Source: Eledone cirrhosa
Lineage: Eukaryota
NCBI GenBank assembly: GCA_964016885.1
Contig: OZ024747.1
Location: forward strand, 73,098,001 to 73,162,000
Direction: 5' to 3'
Length of the DNA stretch: 64,000 nt
Part shown: in pieces, positions 13,183 to 24,839 of the stretch
Position numbering within the stretch: position 1 is the stretch's first letter
Layout: each line of letters starts with the position of its first letter
Translations under genes and position numbers: made by a program
Notes under the pieces: generated by a model
Seen by the model: only the letters and a program-made list of their open reading frames with translations
The model's database searches: none
Told to the model about the DNA's origin: nothing

Positions 13183-14782
13183 AAGAGATTAATGTCCTAA
13201 TTTGAACTTTGTCAATCAAATAACCTTTTATTTTAAAATCAAAGTATCCCTCAATAGTTCCCCCATTAAATAATATGAATCAGTATTTACTTGACATTCT
13301 GTAGCGTACATTATCACTAAACTTAAGATTTCGCATTCAACGCTCACTATGGTCAAATTTTCAGTAATTTTCTCTAGGAACGGTTAACTGTCCCTTACAG
13401 AATCGATTACAGACAGAATTTGGTATACATCGTGAATATGTTTTAACAAGTTCCAATTGGATCGATAGGATTAGTTCTCGTAGAACTATTCCAATGTATA
13501 TATTATATCTAAATTACCACAAACATCTTATTAACTTATTCTCTTGTCCTACGTTGTTGTCCCTTATACACTTTAACCAGCGTTATTTCATTTCTTTCCT
13601 AGTGAGACAAGAAATCATTTTCTTCATTGCACTTCCTCCTTCACAAGAATGACAGCTTATCAAATGTCTACTATTATGACGATTGTTAGTGCTTTTACTG
13701 ATAACATCTGTCTTTCCAATTATCGCCGGGTGCAAGGCAGAATAAACAATTTGTGTATATATATATAGACAAACTGTTTATTCTGCCTTGCACTTATATA
13801 TAGTTCAGCAACCAGGTGGTTATTTAACTGTCAGATGTCTTTCATCACACAATCTATGACCTCCTCAGTGACTATTCTTTTTCTCCTCTGTATCTCTTCT
13901 TCATTAAAACTTTATTTTATTTACTCCATTGTGTGTGTGTGTGGGTTCTGGGGGTGGGTGGGTTGCACGCATGTCTGTGTTTTATATTAAACCAGGATAA
14001 AATCTAAATATGTTTAGGGAGGTGAAACTGAGAATTTGTGGCATTCATGCATTTCTTAGAAAACAAAATATTATCAATTTAGAAAAGCAAACAAATAAAT
14101 TTGATGAAAGAAATATGATTGCAAATGGAAACATCTTCCTCTTTTATTGAAATTGAAATACATTGAAACAAGATAAAAAATAAAGAACAAAATAAAAGGA
14201 AAATATAAAGTCAAAGAATTCAGAAAAAAAGACGCAACAAGGCACGTGATGCGACTGTAGATAAGAGAAATCAAATTATTTTTTACTGTAAGTAGAACTG
14301 TGGCACCATGGTGCTGGAGTGGGGAAGACATTGCCAGAATAATCGACGAGAATCTTAATATTATCCTCCAGTAGAAAAATAACAAAAACAAGAAATAAAA
14401 ACAAAAAACAAACAAACAGCTGGAATGGTCTTTCAGTGACATAGTGAACTAGAAACTAAATGTTTGGAAAGGAGAGAGAGAGAGAGAGAGAGATGGGAGA
14501 TAGAGAGGGGGAGATAGAGAGGGGGAGATAGAAAGAGGGAGGGAGAGAAGGAAAGAGATAAGGAAAGAGAGAAAGATAGAGAGAGACGGAAAGAGAGAGA
14601 AGGAAAGAGAGGGTGTGGTATAATAGAGATGGTAATGAGAGAAAGAAAATAGAAATAAGTGAGAGTAAAGAAGAAAAACTAACAAAGAAAGAATGTTGAA
14701 GAAAGAAGACGAGAAGAAACAAGTGAAGGAGTTAAACACAACAAAACAACAAAAATATGTGAAGGAGGAGATATGAGAAGAC

Positions 14783-14816
<34 letters not shown>

Positions 14817-14832
14817 GTGATGGTGATGGTGG

Positions 14833-14863
<31 letters not shown>

Positions 14864-15760
14864 AATAATGGTGATGGTGGTGATGATGATGATGGTGATG
14901 ATGATGATGATGATCATGAAAATAATGGTGATGGTGGTGATGATGATGGTGATGATGATAATGGTGTTGGTGATGATGATGATGATGATGGTGGTAATGA
15001 TGGTGAGGATGGTGGTGATGGTGATGATGATGGTGATGATGATGATGGTGGTGATGATGGTGAGGATGGCGATGATGGTGGTGATGGTGATGATGGTGAT
15101 GATGGTGATGATGGTGGTGATGGTGATGACGGTGATGATGGTGATGATGATGGCGATGGTGATGATGATGGTGATGATGGTGGTGATGGTGATGACGGTG
15201 ATGATGGTGATGTTGGTGATGATGGTGATGATGATGGTGGTGATGGTGATGACGGTGATGATGGTGATGATGGTGATGATGGTGGTGATGGTGATGATGG
15301 TGATGATGATGGTGATGGTGATGATGGTGGTGATGGTGATGACGGTGATGATGGTGGTGATGGTGATGATGGTGGTGATGGTGATGATGGTGATGATGAT
15401 GGTGATGGTGATGATGGTGGTGATGGTGATGACGGTGATGATGGTGGTGATGGTGATGATGGTGATGGTGATGGTGATGATGGTGGTGATGGTGATGATG
15501 GTGGTGATGGTGATGATGGTGATGATGGTGATGTTGGTGATGATGGTGATGATGGTGGTGATGGTGATGATGGTGATGGTGATGGTGATGATGGTGGTGA
15601 TGGTGATGATGGTGGTGATGGTGATGACGGTGATGATGGTGATGATGATGGCGATGGTGATGATGATGGCGATGATGGTGGTGATGGTGATGATGGTGGT
15701 GATGGTGATGATGGTGGTGATGGTGATGATGATGGTGATGGTGATGGTGATGATGATGGT
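14783..15760. repeat. (GAT/GGT)n compound trinucleotide repeat, ~1 kb
   Basis: Directly visible; it produces the poly-Met/Val ORF. Confidence 0.97.
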
Positions 15761-16194
15761 GACAGATTACAAAATTAAAAGGAAGAAATGATAAAGAAGT
15801 AGATGGGAAAGAGGAATAGAAATAATACGAGGTGGAGGAGAAGGAGGTGGGATGAGGAGGAGGAGGAGGAGGAGGAGGAGGAGGAGGAGGAGAAGGAGGA
15901 GAAGAAGGAAGATGAGGATGAGGATGAGGAGGGAATTGTGAAATGGTTTATTAAGAAGATGAGGTATTCTGTAGCAAGACAGTCCAATTGATTATCAGTT
16001 TTTGTTGTTGATATTTTGCAACATCTCGCCGTTTCTTGTTCCGACCTGTGGATTGAACAATTAATTAGAAAAGGTGATTCTTGGCGTCGTTTCTCTTTAG
16101 TGATACACAATAGGATTGTCGTTGAGAAATCTCTTGATCCGTTATGAGGTTACAGTGATTAGAGAAAGAGCAGCAGCAAAAAACACCACCTCTA

Positions 16195-17100
16195 CTACCA
16201 CCACCACCACGACCGGTGTCATCATCATCATCATCACCATTGTTACCATGCGTGTAACTACCTCTACTACCACAATTATCATATTCATCGTTACCATGAT
16301 TGTAAGCACCACCACCACCACCATCATCATCACCACCACCACCACCACCACTACCACCACCATCATCACCACCACTACCACCACCACCACCATCATCACC
16401 ACCACCACCACCACCACCACCACCACCACCACCACCACCACCACCATCATCATCAGCACCACCACCACCACCACCACCACCACCACCACCACCACCACCA
16501 CCTCCATCACCACCACCACCACAACCACTACCACCACCACCACCACCACCACCACCACCACCACTACCACCACCACCACCACCAATACCACCACCACCAC
16601 CACCACCACCACCACCACCACCACCACCTCCATCACCACCACCACCACAACCACTACCACCACCATCACCACCACCACCACCACCACCACCACCACCACC
16701 ACCACCACCACCACCACCACCACCACTACCACCACCACCACCACCAATACCACCACCACCACCACCACCACCACCACCACCACCACCACCACCACCACCT
16801 CCATCACCACCACCACCACAACCACTACCACCACCATCACCACCACCACCACCACCACCACCACCACCACCACCACCACCACCACCACCACCACCACCAC
16901 CACCACCACCTCCATCACCACCACCACCACAACCACTACCACCACCACCACCACCACCACCACCACCACCACCACCACCACCACCACCACCACCAATACC
17001 ACCACCACCACCACCACCACCACCACCACCACCACCACCACCACCACCACCACCACCACCTCCATCACCACCACCACCACAACCACTACCACCACCACCA
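16195..17100. repeat. (ACC/ATC)n trinucleotide repeat with recurring variant blocks
   Basis: Directly visible; recurring TCCATC, ACAACCACT and AATACC variants. Confidence 0.97.
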
Positions 17101-18608
17101 TGTGTATTTCAAATCTACCCCTTCCCGCCAGTATCAAACAAGAACTAATAGAAAGCCCTACCAGTTAAATTCTATTAGATGTTTCACTTCACTCGTGTTG
17201 GTTTGATTTAAAGCTTTTATAGACAAGACAGTTATAAATAACAAACCAGCCTGTTACACAAAAAACTTCATTAAACATGCTTAATTATGCGGATTATGGG
17301 ATTAATGTTTCAATATTATTATTTAAATGAAAATATAATAATTAAAAACCAACAAAAATACAATTCTAAAAAAAACAAAAAAAAAAAAACAAAAAAAAAA
17401 CAAACAGAACAGTCTCTTCAACAATTACAACAATAAGCATAAATATACAATCTGAAAATAAAAAAAGAAAATATCAAACATACAAAAAAAAAACAAGTGC
17501 AACAAAATCAAAAACAAAAAAAAATACCAATAAAATCAACAACAACAAAAAGCGAATGCATGATTTCAGTTTTCCATCAGCAAATTCATAACTAACAAGG
17601 ATAACGCCTTCTGTAGATGGTTTAAAAACAATTCGGGATCAATACATGATATAATAGCTTACTATCAAAGCGACTTGGTCCATTAAAGCAGTATTGAAAC
17701 GTGCATAAATTACTCACGTAGATTCCAGTCGCCATTTCTCTAACCACTCTATATCAATTCATTTGCATTACAGGATGTAACAGATTTTTTTCTTCCTTTT
17801 TCGTCTTTATTTCCCCACTTATTATTAAAAAAACAAAAAAAATCAAACAAAGAAAACGTCCAAAATAGGAATTGTAAAAATGGTAAAATCGTCTGCAAAA
17901 TAAATGGTAAATTGGTTTTACTTCGTAGAAATTACCATCATATATATATTTTTTCTTCGATAATCAACGTTAAAACATGTAACGTATTCCACCGCCACTA
18001 AATATATATTAGCTTAATACATTTGCTTCAGTTTCCAATACCAGTCTCTGTCTATTCACCGTTGTAAATTAAATGAATGAATGAATAAATAAAACTATTC
18101 TTTATTCAGATAGTTTCAAAATAATCTAGCAATTTTGATTCATTTTAAGTAATGTTGGGAAGGTTAACCTAAATCTATTTTCCTCTATAAAATGTATTGC
18201 CCAAGGCGGAGGTTTTAGTGGATAGTTCTATCGTGAATATGCGCATTCTCGACCACACTATCGATAAGATATCTAAGCCGCTTCGCAAGCAATCTGGCAA
18301 AACATAATGAAGGTGGTGCTCAGAGCAGTGGGTTTCAGACTTGAGCGGCTAATCTGCTCGGTGGTCAGAGTAAGTGATCACATATAGGAACCATTTCATA
18401 TCTCACATTTGGTGTACAAAGGGTGTCTTTTCTTATTGCACCTCTTGTCTCTTGATCGAGTAATTTCAAATTTATTTAAATCTTAGCAATCCAGTGATAT
18501 TATCTGAGGACTCTGCCCCACGACCCTCCCAGGAATATGTGGGCAAAGAAGAAGAAAGAGGAGGAAGAGAAACAATAACAACTACAACAACAACAATAAC
18601 AATAATAA

Positions 18609-18800
18609 TAATTGTTTATACTTTTGGAACAAGGCCAGTAATTATCCCAGTGTATTACTGGTGCTTTATTTTATCGACCCCGTAAGGATGAAAGGCAAAG
18701 TTAACCTCGGCGGGATTTGAACTCAGACCATAAAGGGCCGTAACTCTTTGCTGCAAAGCATGGCGTCCAACCCTCTACCGATACTGCCAATCCACCGCCC
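18609..18800 (-). mobile_element. tRNA-derived SINE (family 1)
   Basis: Full consensus from GGGCGGTGGATTGGCAGTATCGG to the family tail on the minus strand. Confidence 0.88.
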
Positions 18801-18805
18801 ATAAC

Positions 18806-18845
<40 letters not shown>

Positions 18846-19030
18846 CTTTCTTTATTAACCACAAGGGTCTACATAAAGTAGACATTAAGGACAGTACAGG
18901 ACAATACAGGGCGGTACAAATGGGCATTTCTGCGTGTAAAAAACAAGAAACAGAGGATGTAATAATAGAACAATGAAAAAATTCCCCAATAGGGGGGAGA
19001 CTTCCGAGGGACATACATAGAGAAAGCCCA

Positions 19031-22000
19031 TTAAAAAGCCAAAGTGACCCTGACCACCAGGGCAAGTGCCCTCTCCCAGTTTTCCACTTTTAATTTACAG
19101 ACACATACTCGGGCCATTCTTGCCTCTCTCACCCATCTTTCAATAAAATGCTGGGAAGAGAGCACTTCCCTCTCTACCCTGATTTTCCTTTTCGAATGAA
19201 ATTTGAAAAAGTTAATCAGGGCATCACCGAAGAGGTAAGTGCTCGTCTTCAGCCCTTTCAAACGTGTCCACCATACTATCTCTTTCGCCATGGCCACCAG
19301 ACAGATAAAAACTTCCTGCCCTTCCCGGCTAAAGGAAGAGGGCGGGGCAATCCTCACGATGGACTCAGTTGATAGCCGGATCCGTCCTACACGCGACAGC
19401 AGGTGTTCGACATAAACCCACAAGTCAGCAATGCTCGGACACTGGACGAGTGAGTGCAGGACGGTTTCGTCGCCCTGCGCGCATCTCGGATATGCCCGGC
19501 TGACGGCACCTCCATGCCTGTAGAGTTTATCCCGAACTGGCAAAGCTCCTCGGTAGCACTGCCAAGCCAGGGATTTCTGGAAGTTGTCCATAGGCCCCGG
19601 CCCGAAAGTCCTTCCGAAGAAATTGGCTAGTTGATTTTCGTCGACGCCTAGAGTTTCTTCAAGTACGTCGTCGCTCTTCCCCTCCACTAATCCTCTATAG
19701 AACGCCAAGGTGGAGTTTCCACCGATCACATTGCCCGATTGGTCGAGGGCTGTGAGCGCCTGAAGACATTCCAGTCTCCAAGCGCTCCCTCTCGGTCTTC
19801 GCTTGACCCAGGACTGCAGCTCCGTCAAGGAGACGAGCTGGGGAAAGACGCGTCTAGCAAACGGGGACCACACCTGATCACCGTCGAGGAAGAGGTGGAG
19901 ATGTCATAGCCTGAGCGCGTGTCTGCGCATCATCAGCCACGGCAATTCCAAGCCCTCCACGTAGCGGGTGTTGACAGCAGATGGACGGCCTGACCATCGG
20001 AGCGCGTCCCTTCCACAAAAAGCGAAAGAGCAAACGCTCCAGCGCAGTCAGGCGGGGCTTAGGACAAGATACGACGGTCAGGCGGTAGTAGATGACGGAC
20101 GCGATATACGCGTTAGCCACCTCCGCTCGACCTTTCAGGGATAGCTTCCTCTCGGCCCATTTCTGGGTGAGAGAAGCCACCCTGCTCGTCACCTCGTCCC
20201 AGTTTTTGTCCGTCTGGAGATCCGGACCGAACCAGACCCCGAGAAATTTAACTGGTCCGTCCGTCCAGCGCCCGACGACGCTGTTGGACGGCATGGACCT
20301 GCCTCTCCAGGTGCCGAGCTGCCGGCCCACTGACTTTTCCTGGTTGATCATTGCTCCTGTCACCGCTTCGTATTCTCTTAGTGTAGTGCCGATCGCCTCG
20401 ATCTGTTTGGCGTTCGACACCACTACGGTGACATCATCCGCATATGCTGACACGGATCTTCCGCATTCTAGTTCGTGCGGGACCCCCCTCAACGTCTCCA
20501 GTTTGTGCAGTAATGGCTCGAGAGTCAATACGTACAAGAGGGACGAGAGGGGACATCCTTGGCGGACCGAGCGCATGATGTTGAACGGTTCCTAAAGGTG
20601 ACCGTTCACTCTCACCACAGAGCAGATGTCGCTGTGCATGGCAGCGATCCAGCCTCTGAAGACGGGCCCAAAGCCAGCCGCCCTCAGGACTTCAGCTAGG
20701 TAACGATGGTCGACCCTATAGAAAGCTTTCGACTGATCTAAATTGATCAAGGACTCACCCGTGCCAGGTTCCCTAGCTACCCTCTCTACGATGTATCGCA
20801 TGAGGTGGAGGTTGTCGTGGATGGATCTGTCGGAATGGCGAATGTCTGCGCCTCTCCCACCAGAGCACCAACGACAAGCGCCAACCTTGGCCAAAATCTT
20901 GAACTCTGTGTTTAGCAGAGTTATGGGCCTAAAATTATGTATGTTATCCCCCTTGTTCGGATCCTTTCTCAGCAGCGCCACTGCTCCTCGGCTCATAGAG
21001 CTGGGAATTCTCCCGTTCTGTTGCCAGTTGCAGTAGACGTCCGCCAAGAGGCCTCCGAACAAGTCTGGCATCTGTACGTAAAGTTCATAGGGCAGACCAT
21101 CCAAACCAGGCGATTTACCCCTTGTGCAGCTAGTCATTGTCTCCCGTACTTCAGCGGCTGTTATCGGCTTTTCGCAACACTCCACCTCAGTGGCTGAGAG
21201 CCGCGGCAGTCCGTCGAGGTAGACACTAAAGTCCATCCCTCGATCCGGCCCGCCGCTGTCCCCGAACAACTGAGCGAAGTGTCGCTGAAAAGCTTCACAC
21301 ATTTGCCCGGGATCGAGTAGCATGCGCCCGTCGTGGTCCACCAAAGACCAGATCGTGGCTTTGTTGCCACGACGCGCCTCCGCCACTCGGGCCCATTGAA
21401 CGGCTTTCGTCCCCTCGTGTCTGAGAGCACGCACCCTAGCTCTGACAACGCAGCCTTCGTGCTTTGCATTGAAAAATTGGTCAAGGGCCAATTTAGCCGC
21501 AAGTACGTCGGTCGCGATGCCTTTGCTAAGCGCCTCGTCTAATTTTCCAACTAATTCTCCCTCTGCTCTATTTTTCTCTATTGCTAAAGCCTTACTAAAC
21601 CTAATGGACTCTATTCTAATTGCTCTTTTCAGAGCAAACCACCACTTGTTGTTGACGATGGCCCCCGTCAACGTCCGCTTAACTATTTCGCTAATCCGGT
21701 CTCTGTATGCCTTGCGCGCTGGTAAGGACGCGTTTAGCTTCCAGTAGCCGGGCCCTCGTCTATGAAGCCTATCTAAGTCAAGCACACAGATCACGAATTT
21801 GTGGTCCGTGTAGCTGACTATCTTGAATTGTGGACAGCCTATGCTAGACCTATCTATTTCCCTACAAAATACTCTATCTAGATATGATCTGGATGACCCT
21901 ATGCGATTTGTCCAAGTCCACATTGGCACAATCGGGAAATCCAATCGGTACCTATCAGACAGTTCAAAACGCCTGAGCAAGTTGGTGAGACTCTTGCACC

Positions 22001-22500
22001 CTCCTACCCTATCCGCTAATCCCACACAGTCCCAGCGTGCATCTAAGATCCCGTTCCAGTCGCCCACTAACACTAAAGAGCGGGACGTTCCAAGAAAGGT
22101 CTCCAGACGCCGGAAGAAATCAGGCCGCCCTGCTCCTGTCGGGGCATAGACGGCCACTAGCCTGAAAGCTTGCCCGTCTCCGCTGGTCTAGCACCACCAA
22201 CTTACCTTCTTGTTCCAGGAAGATGGCTCGTATGGCGAGATCCAAACCTCTCCGAAAAAGCACAGCAACTCCTCTCCCCGATCCCGGACGGCTGGGAGAT
22301 GCGTACACATCGTAGCCGCCGAAGATCGGTGCGAAGGCCCGTGCTTCGGAGATTCTGGTCTCGCTGATGGCCACTACATCTATGTTTAGTGACCTGAGGT
22401 CGTTGAGCAGGTGGCCCTGCTTCCATGACGACCCCAAGTCACGCGCATTTATGCTGCCTATTCTGACCCTGTACCCATCTTTCTTTACCATTCCTTTGGC
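19031..22500 (-). pseudogene. LINE ORF2 (APE endonuclease + reverse transcriptase + C-terminal Cys/His motif), split by frameshifts/stops
   Basis: APE motifs IGSINAR, VAISETR, GVAVLF, VYAP, VGDWN, SYLDRVF, YTDH. RT motifs KSPGLDGLPYE, NFRPITLLNTEFKILAK, LDQSKAF, RQGCPLS, AYADD, FLG. C-terminal (Y)PRC-x7-H-x4-C. Spread over ORFs 22120-22548, 20592-22157, 19878-20576 and 19031-19873. Confidence 0.93.
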
Positions 22501-22505
22501 TTCCT

Positions 22506-22967
22506 CTAATTGTCTAATTCCTCCTGAGTTACCTGGATCGCTTCGCACGTTTTTGCTACTCTGGCAAAACTCAGGGTAGTTTTCTTAATTTCATTGTTGG
22601 TGTTGTTGTTATCGTTATTTTTGCTATCGTTAATTTTAGTTTCAGTTGTGGTGGTGGTGGCGTCAGTGGTGTTCGGTGGGGAAGAGTTCATTTTGGTTGA
22701 ATTCATTTCGATATCACGAGTTAATTTATTTTTTTCTTTTGTTTCTGTTGTCGCTGTGGTGGTGGTTGGGGCGGTGGTTGTCGCGGTGGTGGCGGCTTTA
22801 ACACCTGCAGTCATTGGTAATGGCGGGAAATGAACGTCTGCCTGAGACAAATTTAAAATATTGCTACTGCTTACATTTCCAGTGTTGGCAAACGTAGCAA
22901 TATTTACAATGGTGGTGTCGGTGTGAGGTGTTAGATTGTGAGGTAGGAGTGACTCTGAGACATCCAT
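22506..22967 (-). pseudogene. N-terminal remnant of LINE ORF1 (Thr/Asn-rich, SFARVA motif)
   Basis: ATG-initiated 153-aa ORF downstream of the element 5' end. SFARVA resembles the SYA/SFA motif of L1/Tx1 ORF1 proteins. No zinc knuckle is present before ORF2 begins. Confidence 0.6.
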
Positions 22968-23189
22968 GATTTTTCCACGAAAAACTTTTGTTGGATAATT
23001 ATAAAAAGTTTAAATTTTGGGCTCAAGGCCCCAATATTTTTGAGTGTCCTTTTCAGAAATCAATGTATGTGCACTTATATACAGTTAACAATAAAAAATA
23101 AAAAATTTCCATAAATGGCAATTTTAAATAACTGAAAATAACAAACCTTTGCGGAGCTCACGATGATACAATTTACTACGTAGGTCGCC

Positions 23190-23221
<32 letters not shown>

Positions 23222-24312
23222 GAAGAAGAAGAAGGATTACATTATCTAATGTGACTTTACTTTTGTTAAGACGTTGGATATGATTTGAGAGAAGAAAATT
23301 TGGCTGCCATTCTTAAGATGACAATTAGCCACGTTACTTTCAGAGGTCACCTTTGTAGTTTAAATATGTAATAAATACGAGATAGAGAAATGTACAAGAT
23401 GTTTCTGCTCGTGCTGTTATGTGATATTATACAAAGACTCTAGAGAAGCAAGTCGAGGTTATATAAAATATTTTGTAACATTTGAATAAATAATAACTAT
23501 TATGGCAAACCACTTTAATGAAAGTCCATTGTCTGATAGTTGGATGAAAGCAAAACAAGGAAAAACAAAAGATTCTGCCACTTCTATAATCACCGCCAAG
23601 TCTGCTTCGTGATGTCGGTTAAAGTATTGTAATCCTCAACAGTAGAACGAAGTCAATTGAAATAGCCAAGTGCAGTGAATAAGTCGTGAAAATGAGAAAT
23701 CGACACCATATTATGATTGTCTCTACACAGAGATAGCTTCATGCTGAGATAAATTCATCTTGTTTTTGGAATGTAGCCAGTTCAGTTGTCAGTTCCATCC
23801 AAATTTATTAACAGAAAAATATTATGAATTCGAGGAGTACAACGTTACCGGAAGTACTACTTTTGACCGAATAAAAGCGTCTGGCTTGTAAATATTAGAA
23901 TTTGATAGATGTTTGTAGAGTGATGAGAGTTCAATAGCATTGCTATGATTTTCTTTGCTGTATAATGTGAAATATAACAGTTCCATTGTCTGCACTTCAG
24001 TTTTATGCTTCATTTTATCTATCTGATTATTAGGCATATAATGTTGAAAAACTTATCGCAGTAGCTTCCTCAATAATGAAATATGAATAATAAGCCTAGG
24101 ACTCTATTGCTCTGACTTAGCATTGCACTTGTTCAGTTTTATGTTCAGCTCAGTCCGAAGACTTTATATTTTGATGCTGTTTGCTGCAATATCTGTGTAA
24201 TTGACGATCGTGAAGAATGTAGGCTTAACTTCGGGTGTTTCTTTTAATCGAGCTAACATGGGAATAGAGCTGTTTGTCTTTCTATCAGGGATGATAATAA
24301 TAACAACGTCAC

Positions 24313-24828
24313 TTGTCTCGCGTTAGAGGACAACAACATAGTTTGTCTCACGTTAGAGAACAACAACAAAGCTTGTCTCACGTTAAAGAACAACAACAAA
24401 GCTTGTCTCACGTTAAAGAACAACAACATGGCTTGTCTCACGTTAAAGAACAACAACATGGCTTGTCTCACGTTAAAGAACAACAACATAGCTTGTCTCA
24501 CGTTAAAGAACAACAACATACCTAGTCTCACGTTAGAGAACAACAACATAGCTTGTCTCACGTTAAAGAACAACAACAAAGCTTATCTCACGTTAGAGAA
24601 CAACAACAAAGCTTGTCTCACGTTAAAGAACAGCAATAAGGCATGTCTCACGTTAGAGAACGACAACAAAGCTTGTCTCACGTTAAAGAACATCAACAAA
24701 GCTTGACTCACGTTAGAGAACAACAGCATAGCTTGTCTCACGTTAGAGAACAACAACAAAGCTTGTCTCACGTTAGAGAACAACAACATAGCTTGTCTCA
24801 CGTTAAAGAACAACAACATGGCTTGTCT
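24313..24828. repeat. 30-bp minisatellite, ~17 units (GCTTGTCTCACGTTARAGAACAACAACAWA)
   Basis: Direct tandem units immediately upstream of the 29-bp array. Confidence 0.95.
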
Positions 24829-24839
24829 ACCTGTTTAAG

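Larger units (their letters stand above)
18845..23189 (-). mobile_element. L1/Tx1-clade non-LTR retrotransposon, near full-length, frameshifted, ORF1 largely missing, inserted in an (ATT)n/(AAT)n tract
   Basis: Sharp boundaries against (TAA)n on both sides (18801-18844 and 23190-23220). AATAAA on the minus strand at 18851-18856. Successive minus ORFs give endonuclease, RT and C-terminal domains in L1 order. Confidence 0.92.

Noticed and set aside
14784-17168. Long ORFs (335 aa Met/Val, 350 aa Thr, 331 aa Val), superficially mucin-like
   Set aside because: They are stop-free translations of trinucleotide repeats, with no domain or splice evidence.
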